From: an uncultured Pelagibacteraceae bacterium
GTDB lineage: Bacteria; Pseudomonadota; Alphaproteobacteria; Pelagibacterales; Pelagibacteraceae
DNA: 64,000 nt
Assembly: GCA_902541515.1 (NCBI GenBank)
Contig: CACBRD010000001.1
Span: 22,608 to 86,607, forward strand
Direction of reading: 5' to 3'
Each line of letters opens with the position of its first letter. Within the stretch, counting starts at the first letter, position 1. Under the pieces are notes generated by a model that saw nothing but the letters and a program-made list of their open reading frames with translations, searched no databases and was not told the DNA's origin. A program made the position numbers and the translations under genes. Shown here one piece after another: positions 1 through 9,611 of this stretch.

Positions 1-135
1 CCAAATTCCAATTAGAATTGCAGATATAAGAAGTAAACAAAAACCAAAAAACTCTATACCAATGTTCATAGCCACAAATAATGAGTACATTATTGCAGTG
101 ATAACACCTGCCCACTCAAAAATTTTATTATTCAT
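1..135 (-). CDS. small hydrophobic membrane protein, partial (runs off window start)
   Basis: Manual translation MNNKIFEWAGVITAIMYSLFVAMNIGIEFFGFCLLLISAILIGIW; its ATG overlaps the TGA of the upstream GATase (ATGA); not in the ORF track. Confidence 0.75.
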   Translation of the reverse strand, partial: MNNKIFEWAGVITAIMYSLFVAMNIGIEFFGFCLLLISAILIGIW

Positions 136-851
136 AAAAGTTTTTTAAAGTTATTATAAAGAATCTTAGAATAATTATTCATATCTGTCATATTATCTTT
201 AGCAGATTGATCAAATTTTTCTAACGCTCCATTTCCTAACTGATCTTCAAGGGCTTTTTTATATTCTGGTACACATCCCCACTCTTTTACAGTCGTGTCT
301 TTTATCTCAATGTGGAATTGGATACCGTAAGCATGATCTTGATATTTAAAAATTTGATATTTAGTAATTGGAGATGACGCTAATAAAGTGACATCATTAT
401 TATTTTCTATTTCTTGGACCTCGTAAGAATGCCATTGTAAACTTTTAATTTGGTCAGGAAATTTTGAGAATAAATTGTCTTTATTTTTTTCTTGGGTGAA
501 ATTGATATCCATCATTCCAATCTCTGCTGGCCTTGATTTAACAATTTTACCCCCAACAACTTCACCTAATAACTGACAACCTAAACAAAAACCTAAATAT
601 GGTTTTTTTAAATCAATAACAAATTCTTTAATTCTTTTTTTTTCCTCAACTAACCAAGGAAATTCTTTTTCCATATAAGTATCCATCGGACCTCCCATAC
701 AAAACATTCCATCGAATTCATTCAAATTTGTTGGAATTTTTTGACCCTCATCTAATTCAATTGTAGTAAGATTAAATCCATCAGCCATCATTAAATCCTT
801 TATATAACCCGGATCTTCAATTTTAATGTGTTGTAAAATGATTATGTTCAA
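132..851 (-). CDS. class I glutamine amidotransferase family protein
   Basis: GGPMD loop, nucleophile elbow LGFCLGCQLL, His-x-Glu in GIQFHIE. Confidence 0.85.
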   Translation of the reverse strand: MNIIILQHIKIEDPGYIKDLMMADGFNLTTIELDEGQKIPTNLNEFDGMFCMGGPMDTYMEKEFPWLVEEKKRIKEFVIDLKKPYLGFCLGCQLLGEVVGGKIVKSRPAEIGMMDINFTQEKNKDNLFSKFPDQIKSLQWHSYEVQEIENNNDVTLLASSPITKYQIFKYQDHAYGIQFHIEIKDTTVKEWGCVPEYKKALEDQLGNGALEKFDQSAKDNMTDMNNYSKILYNNFKKLL

Positions 852-875
852 TCTAAAAGTTTTTCTTAAAATTTA

Positions 876-1565
876 TTATCTTGCTAGTTTTATGAAAATA
901 TCACCCATTCCAGCATCTAAATTTTCTAAAGGTGTATTATTTCTCAACTCACAATATCTACCCGTCACTTGATGACTTTTAACAAAGTCTACCTCATCTT
1001 TCGCACAATTTTTTCCATTGTGCAATAAACCTATTACTATTCGATCGTTAAGACTATACACTTCTGATTTGTTGATTTTTTCACCATTACAAAAATAATC
1101 TTTATTTACTCTATTGGGAAAATCTTTTTTAGAACAAGGATTTTTTATTGTTAAAACATAGAATTCTTTAAAACCATCCTCAAATTTATGTTTCATCTTT
1201 TGAGCTTCAGAATACTTCATAAGATCACACGAACATGGAACACAACACCTATAATAATTTCCACAAATTTTTTTATTCGTTTTACTTTCTTTAATAAATA
1301 AGAATTCTGAGTCACTATTTGGGTCAATTAAAGACCCAGAAACTGCACAATATAATTTGTTAAATTCAACAAAGTCTTTGTAAGTAATTTTTTTATCCAT
1401 GATGTATTTAAAAAATTTTGGTCCCGCAGCATTTCTATTTTTATCAGGGAATATTCTAGACCAATCAGTAATAAGCTCTTTGTGATAATTTTTTTCTCCA
1501 GCAAACGACTTGAGTTGAAATGATATTAAAAATACAATTAAAAATATATTGAATATTTTTTTCAT
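876..1565 (-). CDS. secreted cysteine-rich hypothetical protein
   Basis: Signal peptide [22 protein letters not shown]; 10 Cys including YRCCVPCSCD; ATGA overlap with the upstream gene. Confidence 0.75.
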   Translation of the reverse strand: MKKIFNIFLIVFLISFQLKSFAGEKNYHKELITDWSRIFPDKNRNAAGPKFFKYIMDKKITYKDFVEFNKLYCAVSGSLIDPNSDSEFLFIKESKTNKKICGNYYRCCVPCSCDLMKYSEAQKMKHKFEDGFKEFYVLTIKNPCSKKDFPNRVNKDYFCNGEKINKSEVYSLNDRIVIGLLHNGKNCAKDEVDFVKSHQVTGRYCELRNNTPLENLDAGMGDIFIKLAR

Positions 1566-3007
1566 TTCTGTCTTACAATAATTGTTTGGTTAAGATTCTT
1601 TATATTAATCATTTCTTTACTTCCATTTGTCCATTTAATTTCTATTTTAAAATTTTTTTCTTTTTTTCTAATTCCATAATGTGCCACAGGTTCCATTTGG
1701 CATAAGTAACCAGATCCTGCATCAATTGTTTTTGAATGTTTTCTTTGATTGGTTATTAAGGTAACAGTGGCTCCTCTTGCTGGCGCACCATACTTATTTA
1801 ATGGTTTAATCCTTAAGTATTTACTTCCTTTATCAACTTTTGCTTTATACAAAGTTAATGTTTGTGCTTTACTTTCACCACGAGAAACTAATAATTCTAA
1901 AATTCCATCATTATCTATATCCGCGACTGCAGCCCCAGTTCCATATCCATTAGCTTCGAGCCCTACCTGAAAATTTATCAGCTCAAATTTTCCATTATCT
2001 TTAATACGAAATAACTTATTTGGTTCTGCTATATTGTTCATGAAAACTTCATCAAAACCATCATTATCAAAATCTGCAGAAATAATTGTTCTTATTCTAG
2101 AGGGTTCATCAAAATCTTTATTTCCAATGTCTTTAAATTCATTATTTTCTAATACCCAAGCTCTGTGATATCCAAGCCAATTACCACTTAAAATATCTAA
2201 TCTACCCCGGTAATATATGTCTGATAAAGCTGTACCCCTTCCATTTTGGATTGCATCATCTAATCTATAATCAAATGCAACATCATCAAAATTTCCATTA
2301 TTATTTTTAAAAAGAAAATTTGCCCCTCTCTCATTAGCCGCAAAGATATCGGCTCTTTCTGTCAAAATATGCCCAGATACAACTGCTCTTCCACCAGTAA
2401 TATTATCCAGATTTAAATTCTCAGCTTTATCTTTGATAAGTTCATTTTCAATCTCATAAAACCTTGTTGGTCCTCCGTAGTTTGCAACATAAATTCCATA
2501 TTCACCATCTCCCTTTCTATCTACACAAACAACAGATCTTCCTGCTGTTAAATTTAGATTTTCTTTATTTTTTTCTAATTCAAATAAATCAAAATAATTA
2601 TTATCTTTTATATCCAATAATCTGTCTGAATATTTTTTAACTCCACTATATGTATCGGTATTTAAAAAGTAGATTTCTTCAAAGCCATCTTTATCAATAT
2701 CACATGCAGCAACTCCAATGGTTTTCTTTGAAATATCTGAAAAAATTTTTTGTTGGTTTATATTCTTCAATTTTCCATCTTGAAAAGATAACGCTAAATT
2801 CGGAAAACCAAAACCTGTGACTAAAAACTCATTTTTTCCATCCATATTAAAATCTGTAACTGAAATACCATAGCTCAGTCTTTTTTCATTATTCTCAATA
2901 ATTTTTGATAGATCCTCAAAAAATTCTGCACGAGCGTTGTTTGTAAGAATTATTAATAAAAATAAAATTGAATATTTAAAAAAATTTTTTATTTTTTTGA
3001 TGAACAT
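1562..3007 (-). CDS. CRTAC1-family protein (FG-GAP/VCBS-like repeats plus ASPIC/UnbV domain)
   Basis: Ca-loop repeats [36 protein letters not shown]; C-terminal [19 protein letters not shown]; signal peptide; ATG at 3007 preferred over TTG at 3037. Confidence 0.85.
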   Translation of the reverse strand: MFIKKIKNFFKYSILFLLIILTNNARAEFFEDLSKIIENNEKRLSYGISVTDFNMDGKNEFLVTGFGFPNLALSFQDGKLKNINQQKIFSDISKKTIGVAACDIDKDGFEEIYFLNTDTYSGVKKYSDRLLDIKDNNYFDLFELEKNKENLNLTAGRSVVCVDRKGDGEYGIYVANYGGPTRFYEIENELIKDKAENLNLDNITGGRAVVSGHILTERADIFAANERGANFLFKNNNGNFDDVAFDYRLDDAIQNGRGTALSDIYYRGRLDILSGNWLGYHRAWVLENNEFKDIGNKDFDEPSRIRTIISADFDNDGFDEVFMNNIAEPNKLFRIKDNGKFELINFQVGLEANGYGTGAAVADIDNDGILELLVSRGESKAQTLTLYKAKVDKGSKYLRIKPLNKYGAPARGATVTLITNQRKHSKTIDAGSGYLCQMEPVAHYGIRKKEKNFKIEIKWTNGSKEMINIKNLNQTIIVRQK

Positions 3008-3117
3008 TTTTTTGAACAATACTTTACTTTTTCCCAATTAAGTCTCCATTTTTTTCTCCATTTAAATGGCCTTTGACATATTGGACAAACTTTAATTGGT
3101 AAATTTTCTTTTTTCAC
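2989..3117 (-). CDS. DUF2256-family small four-Cys protein (42 aa)
   Basis: Manual translation from GTG 3117: [42 protein letters not shown]; CxxC-RPF-WRKKW-W-V-YCS-C signature; start overlaps the photolyase stop (TAGTG). Confidence 0.85.
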   Translation of the reverse strand: MKKENLPIKVCPICQRPFKWRKKWRLNWEKVKYCSKKCSSKK

Positions 3118-4607
3118 TAAATTGTATTTTCTTTAATGAATTTATCTGCAGCTGACAAAATCAATTTTTTTCTATCAGTTTTCATCTTATCGAAAATTCT
3201 CACCATCATTGAAAGCCTTGGATTTTTTAAAAAAAACTTTCTATTTCGATCTATAAATCTCCAATAAAGCCCATCCATTATATTGCACCAATCACCCCTC
3301 TTAAAATCCATCATCTTCATAAAATAACTTGATCCACAAATGTATGGTTTAGTTGCAAATATTCCACCATCACTAAACAATCCCATTCCATAAACATTTG
3401 GAACCATCACCCAATCTGAGGAGTCCACAAACATTTCCATAAACCACTTGTAAACAATAGTGGGTTTGATCTCACAAAGGTTCATTATGTTTGATAAAAT
3501 CATAAGTCTTTCAATATGATGAGACCATCCATGATTTAATGCGTTCTTTATTGCATAATCCAATGGTGGTAATCCAGTAGTGCCGTCATACCAGGATTTT
3601 TTCATCTTACGATTTTGTTTGAAAAAATTTCCTGTCTCCATTTCACTAGAATAACTTTGATAAATTCCTCTCATAAATTCTCTCCAACCAATTATTTGAC
3701 GAACGTATCCCTCTAAAGAATTTAGTCTTATTTTTTTACTTTTATGAAATTCTAAAATTTTTTTAATTATAAATTCTGGAGTTATAAGACCTAAATTTAC
3801 ATATGGACTTAGTGCACTATGAAACAAAATATTATCTTTTTGATCAACTGCATCCTCGTAATCACCAAATAAATTTGATTTTTCTTTAATGAAAAAATTT
3901 AAAAGCTTCAAGACATCATTGTGTTCAGTAGCAAACCAGAAATTTTTGGTACTGCCAGGATGATCCTTAAATAGCTTTTCAACAATAGGTTTTAGCTTTT
4001 TAGTATGAGAAGTTTCATTTATTTTTGGAAATTTTGGGATTGAAATATTTTTTGGTAATTTATTTCTATTATCCTCATCAAAACTCCACTTACCACCTGT
4101 AGGATTCCCATCAGCACCCATTAATATTCCAGATTTTTTTCTGACATCTTTGTAGAAAGTTGCCATAAATGGTTTTTTGGATTTAGATAAATATTTTTTA
4201 AAATCCTCTCTTGAATTTAAAAACATTGGCGTCTGGATAATATTCCATTTTATTTTTTCTTTATTAACAAATTGATTAATTTTTTTTTCAAAAAACTTAT
4301 CCTCAACTTCAAAACTGGATATTTCCTTAATCTTTTTTGTGCTAATTAATTTTTTAAGCTTTTTAAAATAACTTTCCTTAAATTCTTTATCCTCTATTTT
4401 TGAGTATTCTATTTTAAATTTATCTTTTTTAAGTACATCTGCGTGAGATCGCATTGATGATAAAAATAGAAGAATTTTTTGTTTATGATGTTTTTCATAA
4501 GTACAAAGCTCGTAATCTTCAGCCATGAAAAAAAGGTGGTCTTTTTTGAAGCGGTCTAGGTATTTTGATGGAAATAATTGATTGCCCAGTATAAAAAATA
4601 ACTTCAT
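3117..4607 (-). CDS. cryptochrome/photolyase family protein, bacterial (6-4) photolyase (PhrB/CryB-like), lacking Fe-S ligands
   Basis: [61 protein letters not shown] and KPYI motifs. Confidence 0.9.
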   Translation of the reverse strand: MKLFFILGNQLFPSKYLDRFKKDHLFFMAEDYELCTYEKHHKQKILLFLSSMRSHADVLKKDKFKIEYSKIEDKEFKESYFKKLKKLISTKKIKEISSFEVEDKFFEKKINQFVNKEKIKWNIIQTPMFLNSREDFKKYLSKSKKPFMATFYKDVRKKSGILMGADGNPTGGKWSFDEDNRNKLPKNISIPKFPKINETSHTKKLKPIVEKLFKDHPGSTKNFWFATEHNDVLKLLNFFIKEKSNLFGDYEDAVDQKDNILFHSALSPYVNLGLITPEFIIKKILEFHKSKKIRLNSLEGYVRQIIGWREFMRGIYQSYSSEMETGNFFKQNRKMKKSWYDGTTGLPPLDYAIKNALNHGWSHHIERLMILSNIMNLCEIKPTIVYKWFMEMFVDSSDWVMVPNVYGMGLFSDGGIFATKPYICGSSYFMKMMDFKRGDWCNIMDGLYWRFIDRNRKFFLKNPRLSMMVRIFDKMKTDRKKLILSAADKFIKENTI

Positions 4608-4634
4608 AATTAAATATAACTAATTAAATTTTTT

Positions 4635-5345
4635 ATGTCAGAAAAATATCTTATTTTTGGTGCGACAGGTTCAATCGGATCAAGCTTGGCTGAACAATTA
4701 GTAAATTCTGGAAATAGTGTACATTTAGTAGGTAGAGATGAAAACGAGGTTAAAAATATTTCAGAGAGATTAGGGTGTCCTTTTACTATTGCAGATGTTT
4801 TGGAAGAGGGATTTATAGAAAAAGTTAAAAATGATATTTCTGATGTAAAAGGTGTTGCTTATTGTGTTGGGTCAATTGACTTAAAACCTGTGAGAATGGT
4901 AACAGAACAAGATTTTGTAAAATGTATGAAATTAAATCTTTATTCTGCGGTTGAAGTTATTAAGGGTTATCAAGAGAGTTTGAAAAAAAATAAGGGCTCA
5001 ATAGTTTTATTTTCAACTGTTGCTGCTCAAAGAGGATTTACCAATCACGCAATTATTGCATCAACAAAAGCAGCTGTTGAAGGTTTAACAGTCTCACTTG
5101 CAGCTGAATTTGCTCCAAACATAAGAGTGAATTGTATTGCGCCAAGCTTGACTAATTCAAAAATTGCTGAGCCCATGTTAAAGAATAAAGCCCTAGCAGA
5201 TGGTATTGCAAAGGCCCATCCTTTAAAAAGATTGGGAGAGGGAAAAGACTCTGCCTCTTTAGCTAGATTTTTAATAACTGAAGATAGCTCTTGGATAACA
5301 GGTCAAATTATTGCAGTAGATGGTGGAAGATCTAAACTTTCATAA
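4635..5345 (+). CDS. short-chain dehydrogenase/reductase (SDR)
   Basis: GATGSIG nucleotide-binding motif, IRVNCIAP, WITGQIIAVDGG; the YxxxK site reads IASTK. Confidence 0.85.
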   Translation: MSEKYLIFGATGSIGSSLAEQLVNSGNSVHLVGRDENEVKNISERLGCPFTIADVLEEGFIEKVKNDISDVKGVAYCVGSIDLKPVRMVTEQDFVKCMKLNLYSAVEVIKGYQESLKKNKGSIVLFSTVAAQRGFTNHAIIASTKAAVEGLTVSLAAEFAPNIRVNCIAPSLTNSKIAEPMLKNKALADGIAKAHPLKRLGEGKDSASLARFLITEDSSWITGQIIAVDGGRSKLS

Positions 5346-5346
5346 G

Positions 5347-6414
5347 GTGAAAAATCTTTTTTTTGTAATTATATTTTTTATATTTTTTTCAACTAATTTA
5401 TTTGCTCAAAATTTAAAATTTAAAAAACTAGTTGTTCTTAACGACCCATGGGGTTCGTCTTTTTTAAATAATCAAGAATTAGTTATTACTGAAAAAAGTG
5501 GAAAAATTAAGATCATAGATATTCTACAAAAAAAAGCTGTTGAAGTTGATCATAACCTAAATTTTCTAGAACACGGACAGGGTGGTCTTTTAGATATTTT
5601 ATATAAAGATAATTTTATTTATGTTTCATATTCTGAAAACAGAGGTAATGGGAAAACAAGTACCTCTATTGGTAAAGCTATTTTTGATAAAAAAAAATTA
5701 AACTTTAAAAATATTTTTCAAGCTGAACCTCCTATTGATTCTGGTTATCATTTTGGTTCAAGGTTAGCGATCAAAGATAATCACTTATTTGCCTCTGCCG
5801 GTGAAAGAGGAAAAGGCATGATTGCCCAAGACCCCTCAAAACATCCTGGGAGTATTATAAGAATTAAACTTGATGGAAGTATTCCAAATGACAATCCTAA
5901 ATTTGAAGATAAGCCAGATTGGCTACCTGAAATTTATCAAATTGGTATCAGAAATCCTCAGGGTCTAACTTTATCATCATACGATGGTAAAATTTATATG
6001 AGTAACCATGGTGCCAAAGGTGGTGATTGGTTTGGTGAAGTAAAAAAAGGTGAAAATTATGGTTGGAAAATATTAGGCTGGGGAGGAAAAAATTATTCTG
6101 GCTTTCCTATTGGTCCAAAATGGAAACCTGGCTTTACAAAAGCAATCCAGTATTGGGTGCCTTCAATTGCAACAAGTGCAATTACAATTTATGAAGGAAA
6201 CGAATTTAATGAATGGAATGGTCATGCTTTAATTACATCATTAAAAGATCAATCCTTGAGAAAACTGATCTTCAACGATTTGTCCAACATAAAAGAAGAT
6301 GTAATTTTTAAAGGTGAGATCGGACGAATTAGAGATATCCAGGTTCATCCAAAAAATGGAAAAATTTACTTTTTGGCGAGTGATAACCTTTGGCTGATGG
6401 AGAAGGCTAAATAG
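5347..6414 (+). CDS. PQQ-dependent aldose sugar dehydrogenase (YliI/GSDH family)
   Basis: GQGGLLDI, HFGSRL, GIRNPQG, NYGW, GRIRDI motifs; signal peptide; GTG at 5347 follows the SDR stop. Confidence 0.85.
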   Translation: MKNLFFVIIFFIFFSTNLFAQNLKFKKLVVLNDPWGSSFLNNQELVITEKSGKIKIIDILQKKAVEVDHNLNFLEHGQGGLLDILYKDNFIYVSYSENRGNGKTSTSIGKAIFDKKKLNFKNIFQAEPPIDSGYHFGSRLAIKDNHLFASAGERGKGMIAQDPSKHPGSIIRIKLDGSIPNDNPKFEDKPDWLPEIYQIGIRNPQGLTLSSYDGKIYMSNHGAKGGDWFGEVKKGENYGWKILGWGGKNYSGFPIGPKWKPGFTKAIQYWVPSIATSAITIYEGNEFNEWNGHALITSLKDQSLRKLIFNDLSNIKEDVIFKGEIGRIRDIQVHPKNGKIYFLASDNLWLMEKAK

Positions 6415-6424
6415 ATCTTAGTGA

Positions 6425-8962
6425 TTATTGATTTCTTATAAGAGGATAAACCTTTGGATTTAGATATTTAATATTAGTTAATAATATTAACACCAACGTT
6501 ACTAAACCAATGGATAAACCAAGATAAATCAAAACTTTAAGATCGAACTTCCAAAATAACTCAAATATATTTTCAATAATAAATTTTGAACCAACTACAG
6601 CAAACAAAACTGCAATCATTATTACAGATATAAAAATAATCATAAATTCAATCAGTGAAGAAAAAACAATCTCTCTTCTTGAAAAACCCAAAATTTTAAA
6701 AACCAAATTTTGGTATTCTCTTACTTTTCCTTGGACCATTATTGCACTTGATATTACAATTAAACCAATGACGATAGTGACTGTCGAAATGACAATAACT
6801 GCTATGAAAACTTTATTTAAAACATTAGTTACTTTGTTTAAATAATCAGCAATTTTAATCATTGATAAACTAGGGAAAATTTCAAGCATTTTTGTTTCAT
6901 CAAATTTATTTAAATTATAGAACTTTGTGGTTGCTAAATATTCGTGAGGAATATTTTTTGCAAAGTCAGGGTTAAAAAGCATTGCAAAATTTATATTTAG
7001 ATCTCTATAATCAACTTGTCTAAAGTTGACTATTTCACCATCAATTTCTCTACCATAAATATTTAAAGTAAATATATCCCCTAATTTAATATTAAAATCT
7101 TTTGCAACCTTAGCGTCTAATGATATCTGAAGTTGATTTGGTTTAGACAAATCCCACCACTTACCATCAATAATTAGATTATCCTCAGGAACTTCTTTTG
7201 TCCAAGATGATCTCCGTTCACTGCCAATAACCCAATAACTATCATTTTCAGGTGTAATATATGTGTTTGGATTTATGCCATTAATTTTTACTATTCCTGA
7301 AGAAACCATTGGCACAATTTCAATATTTGCACCAGGATCCATTGATAAAATTCTTTGTTCAAACTTTTCACGCTCTCCATTTTGAATGCCAACAAAAAAA
7401 TAATCAGGAGCGATGTCAGGTATTGATTTTGCTATCTCTCTTTTAAAATTAGTTCCAACTAATGCCAAAGTCAAAAGTAATGTAACACCAAGGCCTAAAG
7501 ACATAATTGTAATAGGTGTAATACTTTTTGATTGTGTAATATTTTTAATAGATACTTTCAAAGGAGTGCTCGAATTAAATTTAAACTTTTTAAGAGAAAA
7601 TATGATTAACTTTGAAAGTAGAAAAAAGATAATCAAACAAATAAAAAATGCCCCAAAATACCCAAGACTATAAAGAAGATTTTCTGATCTATAAGTAAAT
7701 ATTAAAATCAAAATTGATAACATTATAATACTCACGCCAATTAATTTTTTTGAATAATAAAATTGTAAGTTTTGGAATACATTTCTAAATAGACTTGAAG
7801 CTTTGACTTGATCGATAGAACTAATTGTAGGAATCGAAAAAATTATCAAAACTAATAAACCTATTAAAAATATTTTTAAAAAATTAAAAAAAGAAAAAAA
7901 TAAATTTATCTTAAGTCCAAAGCTACTTGACAAATATTTGTCTGCTAATGGCACAATTAATAAACTACTTAAATATGCTAAAATAGTAATTATAAATAAT
8001 AATATTACCAATTGAAGATAGTAAAGTTTTTTAATATTACCGGAATAGAAACCTAAGGCCTTTCTTACTGCTATAGACAAGTTATTTTGATTTATAAAAG
8101 ACAATAGAGTATTAGCAATACCAATACCAGCAATAAGCATCGCACTTATAGAGACAAGGGATAAAAATTGTGAAAAGTTACCAATTACTCTTTTTAATCC
8201 ACTTGCTGCATTTTCCGGATATCTAATTTTTACCTTTTGATCATCTTTAAAAATACTCTCGATTTTTTTTATAATTATTTCTGGATTATCATTGTTATTA
8301 AATTTTACTTTATATTCATAATTCAAAAAATTTCCTATTCCGTTAAGTTTTAAGATATCTAAAGTTTGTTTACCTGTTAAAACCCAATCTCCAAAAGTCA
8401 CAAATCCACTTACATCTGGAACAGATCTTACCTTACCAATTACAAGAAATTCTTGATCTTGAATTTTTACAATTTCATTTGTTTTGATATTTAAGGTTTT
8501 TGATAAACTCTCATTAATTAAAATTGTATAAGGTTCAGTTTGCATTCTTTCATAAGCATCAGCAGGTTCATAAGTTACTTCACCATATAAAGGATACTTT
8601 TGGTCAACTGTTTTTATTCTAGTAAATAAAGATTTATTTTTCTTTCGATTTGTTGTTGAAAGCATTGTGCTGAATTCAACCATCTCTGATATAGTTGTAA
8701 ACTCTTCAACTTTATTTAATAAATCTATATTTCCTTTATTTCTGTTATAATCAATTTCTAAGTCTCCACCTAAAAGCTCCTTAGCATTTTCTTTGAGTTC
8801 CTTTTTTAAACTATCCTCAATAGTAAATATTGCACTTAATATAAAAAGACTGATGAACAAAGTGATGATTATACTAGAGATTTTTTTATAGTTCCTTTTT
8901 AAATCTCGCAGAGCATATATTAAGATAAACTTGTATTGATAAAAATTATTTAATTTTTCCAT
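6425..8962 (-). CDS. ybbP: ABC transporter permease, YbbP/FtsX-like
   Basis: LLGGDL, VDQKYPLYG, two TM blocks with large periplasmic loops, PDYFF; next to ybbA and tesA; ATG at 8962 preferred. Confidence 0.8.
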   Translation of the reverse strand: MEKLNNFYQYKFILIYALRDLKRNYKKISSIIITLFISLFILSAIFTIEDSLKKELKENAKELLGGDLEIDYNRNKGNIDLLNKVEEFTTISEMVEFSTMLSTTNRKKNKSLFTRIKTVDQKYPLYGEVTYEPADAYERMQTEPYTILINESLSKTLNIKTNEIVKIQDQEFLVIGKVRSVPDVSGFVTFGDWVLTGKQTLDILKLNGIGNFLNYEYKVKFNNNDNPEIIIKKIESIFKDDQKVKIRYPENAASGLKRVIGNFSQFLSLVSISAMLIAGIGIANTLLSFINQNNLSIAVRKALGFYSGNIKKLYYLQLVILLFIITILAYLSSLLIVPLADKYLSSSFGLKINLFFSFFNFLKIFLIGLLVLIIFSIPTISSIDQVKASSLFRNVFQNLQFYYSKKLIGVSIIMLSILILIFTYRSENLLYSLGYFGAFFICLIIFFLLSKLIIFSLKKFKFNSSTPLKVSIKNITQSKSITPITIMSLGLGVTLLLTLALVGTNFKREIAKSIPDIAPDYFFVGIQNGEREKFEQRILSMDPGANIEIVPMVSSGIVKINGINPNTYITPENDSYWVIGSERRSSWTKEVPEDNLIIDGKWWDLSKPNQLQISLDAKVAKDFNIKLGDIFTLNIYGREIDGEIVNFRQVDYRDLNINFAMLFNPDFAKNIPHEYLATTKFYNLNKFDETKMLEIFPSLSMIKIADYLNKVTNVLNKVFIAVIVISTVTIVIGLIVISSAIMVQGKVREYQNLVFKILGFSRREIVFSSLIEFMIIFISVIMIAVLFAVVGSKFIIENIFELFWKFDLKVLIYLGLSIGLVTLVLILLTNIKYLNPKVYPLIRNQ

Positions 8963-9611
8963 CTTTAATTTTAATTTTTCTGCTCGCGCGGTTAGCAAGT
9001 TTTGGGTCGTGTGTTACCATAATTAATGAAGAACCCTCCTCTTTAACATACCTAAATAAAATTTTAGAAATCATATCGGAATTTTCTGTATCTAAATTTC
9101 CTGTGGGTTCATCAGCTAGAATTAGCTCTGGCTTCATAGCAATAGCTCTTGCGATAGCGACACGCTGTTGTTCTCCTCCAGATAACTGACTGGGTAAATT
9201 ATTTAGTCGATGTTTTAAGCCAAATCTATCTAAAAGAGATTTTGCTTCTTTTTCAGGATTTTTAAATTTATTCAATTCAAGAATTAAGGTTACATTCTCT
9301 AGGGCTGTATAATTTGGGATTAGATAAAAAGACTGAAAAATTATACCAATATTTTTTTTTCTAATTTTTGATACTTCATCCTCACTTAATTTTGTAATTT
9401 CGTGGTCTTGAAAGTATATCTTGCCTGAAGTTGGACGCTCTAAACCACCAATTAACATGATTAAACTTGTTTTTCCTGAACCACTTTCACCTACTATTGA
9501 AATAGTTTCTTTTTTTTTTGTGGTCAAATTTATATCTTTTAAAACACTGATATTATCTTTACCAGTTTGGTATTTAAGATTTATCTTTTTTAATTTAAGA
9601 AGAGCACTCAT
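8946..9611 (-). CDS. ybbA: ABC transporter ATP-binding protein, YbbA/LolD-like
   Basis: Walker A GESGSGKT, LSGGEQQRVAIARA, ADEPTGNLD, VTHD; ATG at 9611. Confidence 0.85.
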   Translation of the reverse strand: MSALLKLKKINLKYQTGKDNISVLKDINLTTKKKETISIVGESGSGKTSLIMLIGGLERPTSGKIYFQDHEITKLSEDEVSKIRKKNIGIIFQSFYLIPNYTALENVTLILELNKFKNPEKEAKSLLDRFGLKHRLNNLPSQLSGGEQQRVAIARAIAMKPELILADEPTGNLDTENSDMISKILFRYVKEEGSSLIMVTHDPKLANRASRKIKIKDGKIK

